NCBI GenBank assembly: GCA_035574985.1
Contig: DATLYG010000194.1
Span: 1-42,173 of the forward strand
Direction of reading: 5' to 3'
Source of the DNA: Thermoanaerobaculia bacterium
Lineage (GTDB): Bacteria > Acidobacteriota > Thermoanaerobaculia > Gp7-AA8
DNA length: 42,173 nt
This document shows positions 38,567 to 42,173 of this stretch, one piece after another. The notes below the pieces were generated by a model. That model saw nothing but the letters and a program-made list of their open reading frames with translations. It did not search any database and had not been told where the DNA came from. Each line of letters begins with the position of its first letter. Within the stretch, counting starts at the first letter, position 1. The position numbers and the translations under genes were made by a program.

Positions 38567-38639
38567 CTCGCCACGCCGGAACGTTTGGACTGTGCGGCTT
38601 TGCGGCCCGGCGTCTTTCGTCTAACATCCAAACCAGCCC

Positions 38640-39363
38640 ATGCGCTTTCTCATTGCCATCGTTCTGTTCCTCGCCCCCGCCGCGGCGTTTCCCTGGACGC
38701 CGGCCGGCGACCGGCGCATCGCGGAGAAGGGGGCCGACCTCGCGCCTCCCGACCTCCGGATGCTGATCCGGATCTACGAGCCGCAGTACCGGGCTGGCCT
38801 CGAGCGCGCGCGGCTCGACGAGGGGTCGGACACTCACCGCTATCTCGTCGCCTCGCGCAGCGGACGGCTCCGGGACCGGATCGAGCGGGAGACCGCGGCG
38901 GCCATCTCGATGATCCGGAAGGGAGAGCCGATGTCGGCCGTCGTCGAGCGGCTGGGAGGCCTGGTGCATCTCGTCGCCGACGCGAACAACCCCTTCCACA
39001 TCGCCGACGACCCCCGCCTCGCGCCGATGCACGAAGACTACGAGAGCTACTTCGAGCAGCGGATGGCGAGGTTCCCGACCGTCTTCTACGGCCTCGATCC
39101 TCACTTCCGGATCGGCCAGTACCTCGACCGCACCTTCGCGCGCACCGCGAAGTTTCAGCCGCTCGTCCGTGAGGAATACTTCCGGGGTGGCACCCGGAGG
39201 AACTCCTCCCATTTCGATGACCGCTCCACCGCGTTCGGGATCGCGTCGATCTGCTACTCGCGCGCCGTGACCGACGTGGTGAATCTCTACTACTACATCT
39301 GGAGAGAAGCCGGCGGAGACGTCCGCACCGCATCGGTGATGCGGAGCAGCAACCTCTTGTTGA

Positions 39364-39374
<11 letters not shown>
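38640..39374 (+). CDS. Secreted hypothetical protein (weak phospholipase C / S1-P1 nuclease-like features)
   Basis: Signal peptide MRFLIAIVLFLAPAAAFPW. HLVADANNPFH resembles the H.x.D...P.H zinc-ligand motif of that superfamily. The functional call is weak. Confidence 0.6.
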
Positions 39375-40854
<1,480 letters not shown>

Positions 40855-40857
40855 CCG

Positions 40858-41394
40858 ATGGCCAGCGCGTCCGACATCCGCCTCATCGTCTCCGACGTCG
40901 ATGGAGTCTGGACCGACGGCCGGATCATCTACCTCGGCGAGCAGCGCGAGATCAAGGAGTTCAACGTCCGCGACGGCCTCGCCGCGAAGCTGGCGCAGAA
41001 GGCCGGCATCCGCGTCGCCCTGGTGACGAGCCGCCGCTCTCCCGCTCTGGAGCGCCGCGCCCGCGAACTCGGCATCACCGATCTGCGTCAGGGGGCGGCG
41101 AACAAGCTCGAGGAAACCCGCCGTCTGGCGCAGAAGCTCCAGGTCGCGCTCGACCAGGTCCTCTACGCGGGCGACGACCTTCCCGATCTGGCGCCGATGC
41201 TCGCCGCCGGCATCTCCGCCGCGCCTTCCGACGCCGCCCCCGAGGTCCTCGCCGCCGCGACGTGGAAACTGGAGAGCCGCGGCGGAAAGGGAGCATTTCG
41301 CGAGCTGGTCGAACGCCTCTTCCGCGAGCGCGGCGACTGGGAGTCGATCGTCCGGGAATTCACCAGTGGCCGGCCGGAAGCTCAGAGCATTTAG
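40858..41394 (+). CDS. kdsC: KDO 8-phosphate phosphatase (HAD family)
   Basis: [19 protein letters not shown]...FNVRDG...GDDLPD motifs. 178 aa. Confidence 0.8.
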   Translation: MASASDIRLIVSDVDGVWTDGRIIYLGEQREIKEFNVRDGLAAKLAQKAGIRVALVTSRRSPALERRARELGITDLRQGAANKLEETRRLAQKLQVALDQVLYAGDDLPDLAPMLAAGISAAPSDAAPEVLAAATWKLESRGGKGAFRELVERLFRERGDWESIVREFTSGRPEAQSI

Positions 41395-42173
41395 GGGAAA
41401 GCTCCTCTACCGCGCGCTGCTCTTGCTCGCGCGGATGGCGCGAGCCCTCCCGCTCGAGCGCGGCCGGAACATCGGCCGGCTGCTCGGCTCGCTCGCCTGG
41501 CATCTCGTCCGCCACGAACGGAACAAGGCCCTCCGCAACATCGCCCGCGCCTTCCCCGACTGGCCCGACTCCCGCCGGCGCGACACGGTCCGCGAGATGT
41601 TCCGGCACCTCGGCCAGAACCTGATGGAGATGCTCTGGCTCCTCCATGCCCCGGTCGGGGAACGGATGCGCTACACGGTCGTCGAGAATGCCGCTCCCCT
41701 GCTCGAGGTGATCCGCGCCGGACGGGGAATCGTCGCCTTCACCGGCCACTGCGGCAACTGGGAGTGGACCGCCGCGACCGTCTCCGCCCTCGGCATTCCT
41801 CTCTGGGCCATGCAGCGCGAACGCGACGAGCGGGAGCTCAACGACTTCATCATCGAGTATCGGAGGCGCATCGGAATCGGCACCATCGACCGCGGATCCG
41901 AACGTTCCGGCAGAGAGCTGATCCGAACCCTCCGCAACGGCGGAATGATCGGCATGCTGATCGACCAGAACATCCGCGCCGAGAGCGCGAAGGTCCCCTT
42001 CTTCGGGATCCCGGCGCTCACGCCGATCGGCCCCGCCCGTCTCGCCATTCGCACGGGCTCGCCGGTCGTCGCCGTCTTCAGCATGCGCCGCGACGGAAAG
42101 CACCACGTCCGCTTCACCGATCCGATCGAGACCACCCGCGATGACGATCCGGTCGCCCTGACCGCACGCATCA
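41366..42173 (+). CDS. Lysophospholipid/lipid A acyltransferase (LpxL/HtrB family), 3-prime truncated by the window end
   Basis: An open frame, absent from the ORF track because no stop falls inside the window: ..LLYRALLLLARMARALPLERGRNIGRLLGSLAWHLVRHERNKALRNIARAFPDW...VAFTGHCGNWEW...GMLIDQN.. (HX4-type acyltransferase motif region). Start uncertain: GTG at 41366 or ATG at 41435. Confidence 0.7.
   Translation, partial: MAGRKLRAFRGKLLYRALLLLARMARALPLERGRNIGRLLGSLAWHLVRHERNKALRNIARAFPDWPDSRRRDTVREMFRHLGQNLMEMLWLLHAPVGERMRYTVVENAAPLLEVIRAGRGIVAFTGHCGNWEWTAATVSALGIPLWAMQRERDERELNDFIIEYRRRIGIGTIDRGSERSGRELIRTLRNGGMIGMLIDQNIRAESAKVPFFGIPALTPIGPARLAIRTGSPVVAVFSMRRDGKHHVRFTDPIETTRDDDPVALTARI

Overview
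This is a 42.2-kb high-GC chromosomal window. Hand-sampled 60-nt lines are mostly about 65-72% G+C. The host is a diderm bacterium, judged from kdsC, a lipid-A-type acyltransferase, a CarboxypepD_reg-type TonB receptor and an S46 peptidase. An Acidobacteriota-like origin is inference only. I can support about 40 protein genes and one tRNA-Leu(CAA).

Content, in order:
- The end of a BMP-type ABC permease pair.
- A scrambled set of leucine/short-chain acyl-CoA genes: a biotin carboxylase lacking BT/BCCP, two crotonase-fold hydratases, an HMGL/LeuA-like enzyme and hbd.
- A peptide-scavenging set: secreted S8, S9 and S46 peptidases, PepQ, a TonB-dependent receptor and a type II glutamine synthetase.
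- c-di-GMP enzymes: a stand-alone EAL protein and a GAF-GGDEF protein.
- An SPFH (YdjI-like) protein paired with a double zinc-ribbon membrane protein.
- LigD, a uracil-DNA glycosylase family gene, and purH-kdsC-acyltransferase.

The most notable locus is a ~3.6-kb lower-GC segment at 29257-32878 (about 47-57% in sampled lines) that interrupts a YjbQ/UPF0047 gene directly downstream of ligD. The gene survives as three undecayed pieces of 46, 13 and 80 codons, and the 13-codon middle piece lies on the opposite strand. The insert carries a large Ig-like protein with a metzincin-type HExxHxxDxxH motif and a signal-peptide protein of unknown function. It ends in a perfect 28-bp inverted repeat with a nested hairpin. 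It has no recombinase gene and no target-site duplication.

Other points worth a second look are a 25-nt tandem repeat array in the hbd leader, a 12-nt periodic repeat in a convergent gap, and two further junctions that look rearranged (a truncated carboxylase gene, and a lower-GC FkbM segment between crt and hbd). Many long ORFs in the supplied track are antisense shadow ORFs typical of high-GC DNA and are not called.
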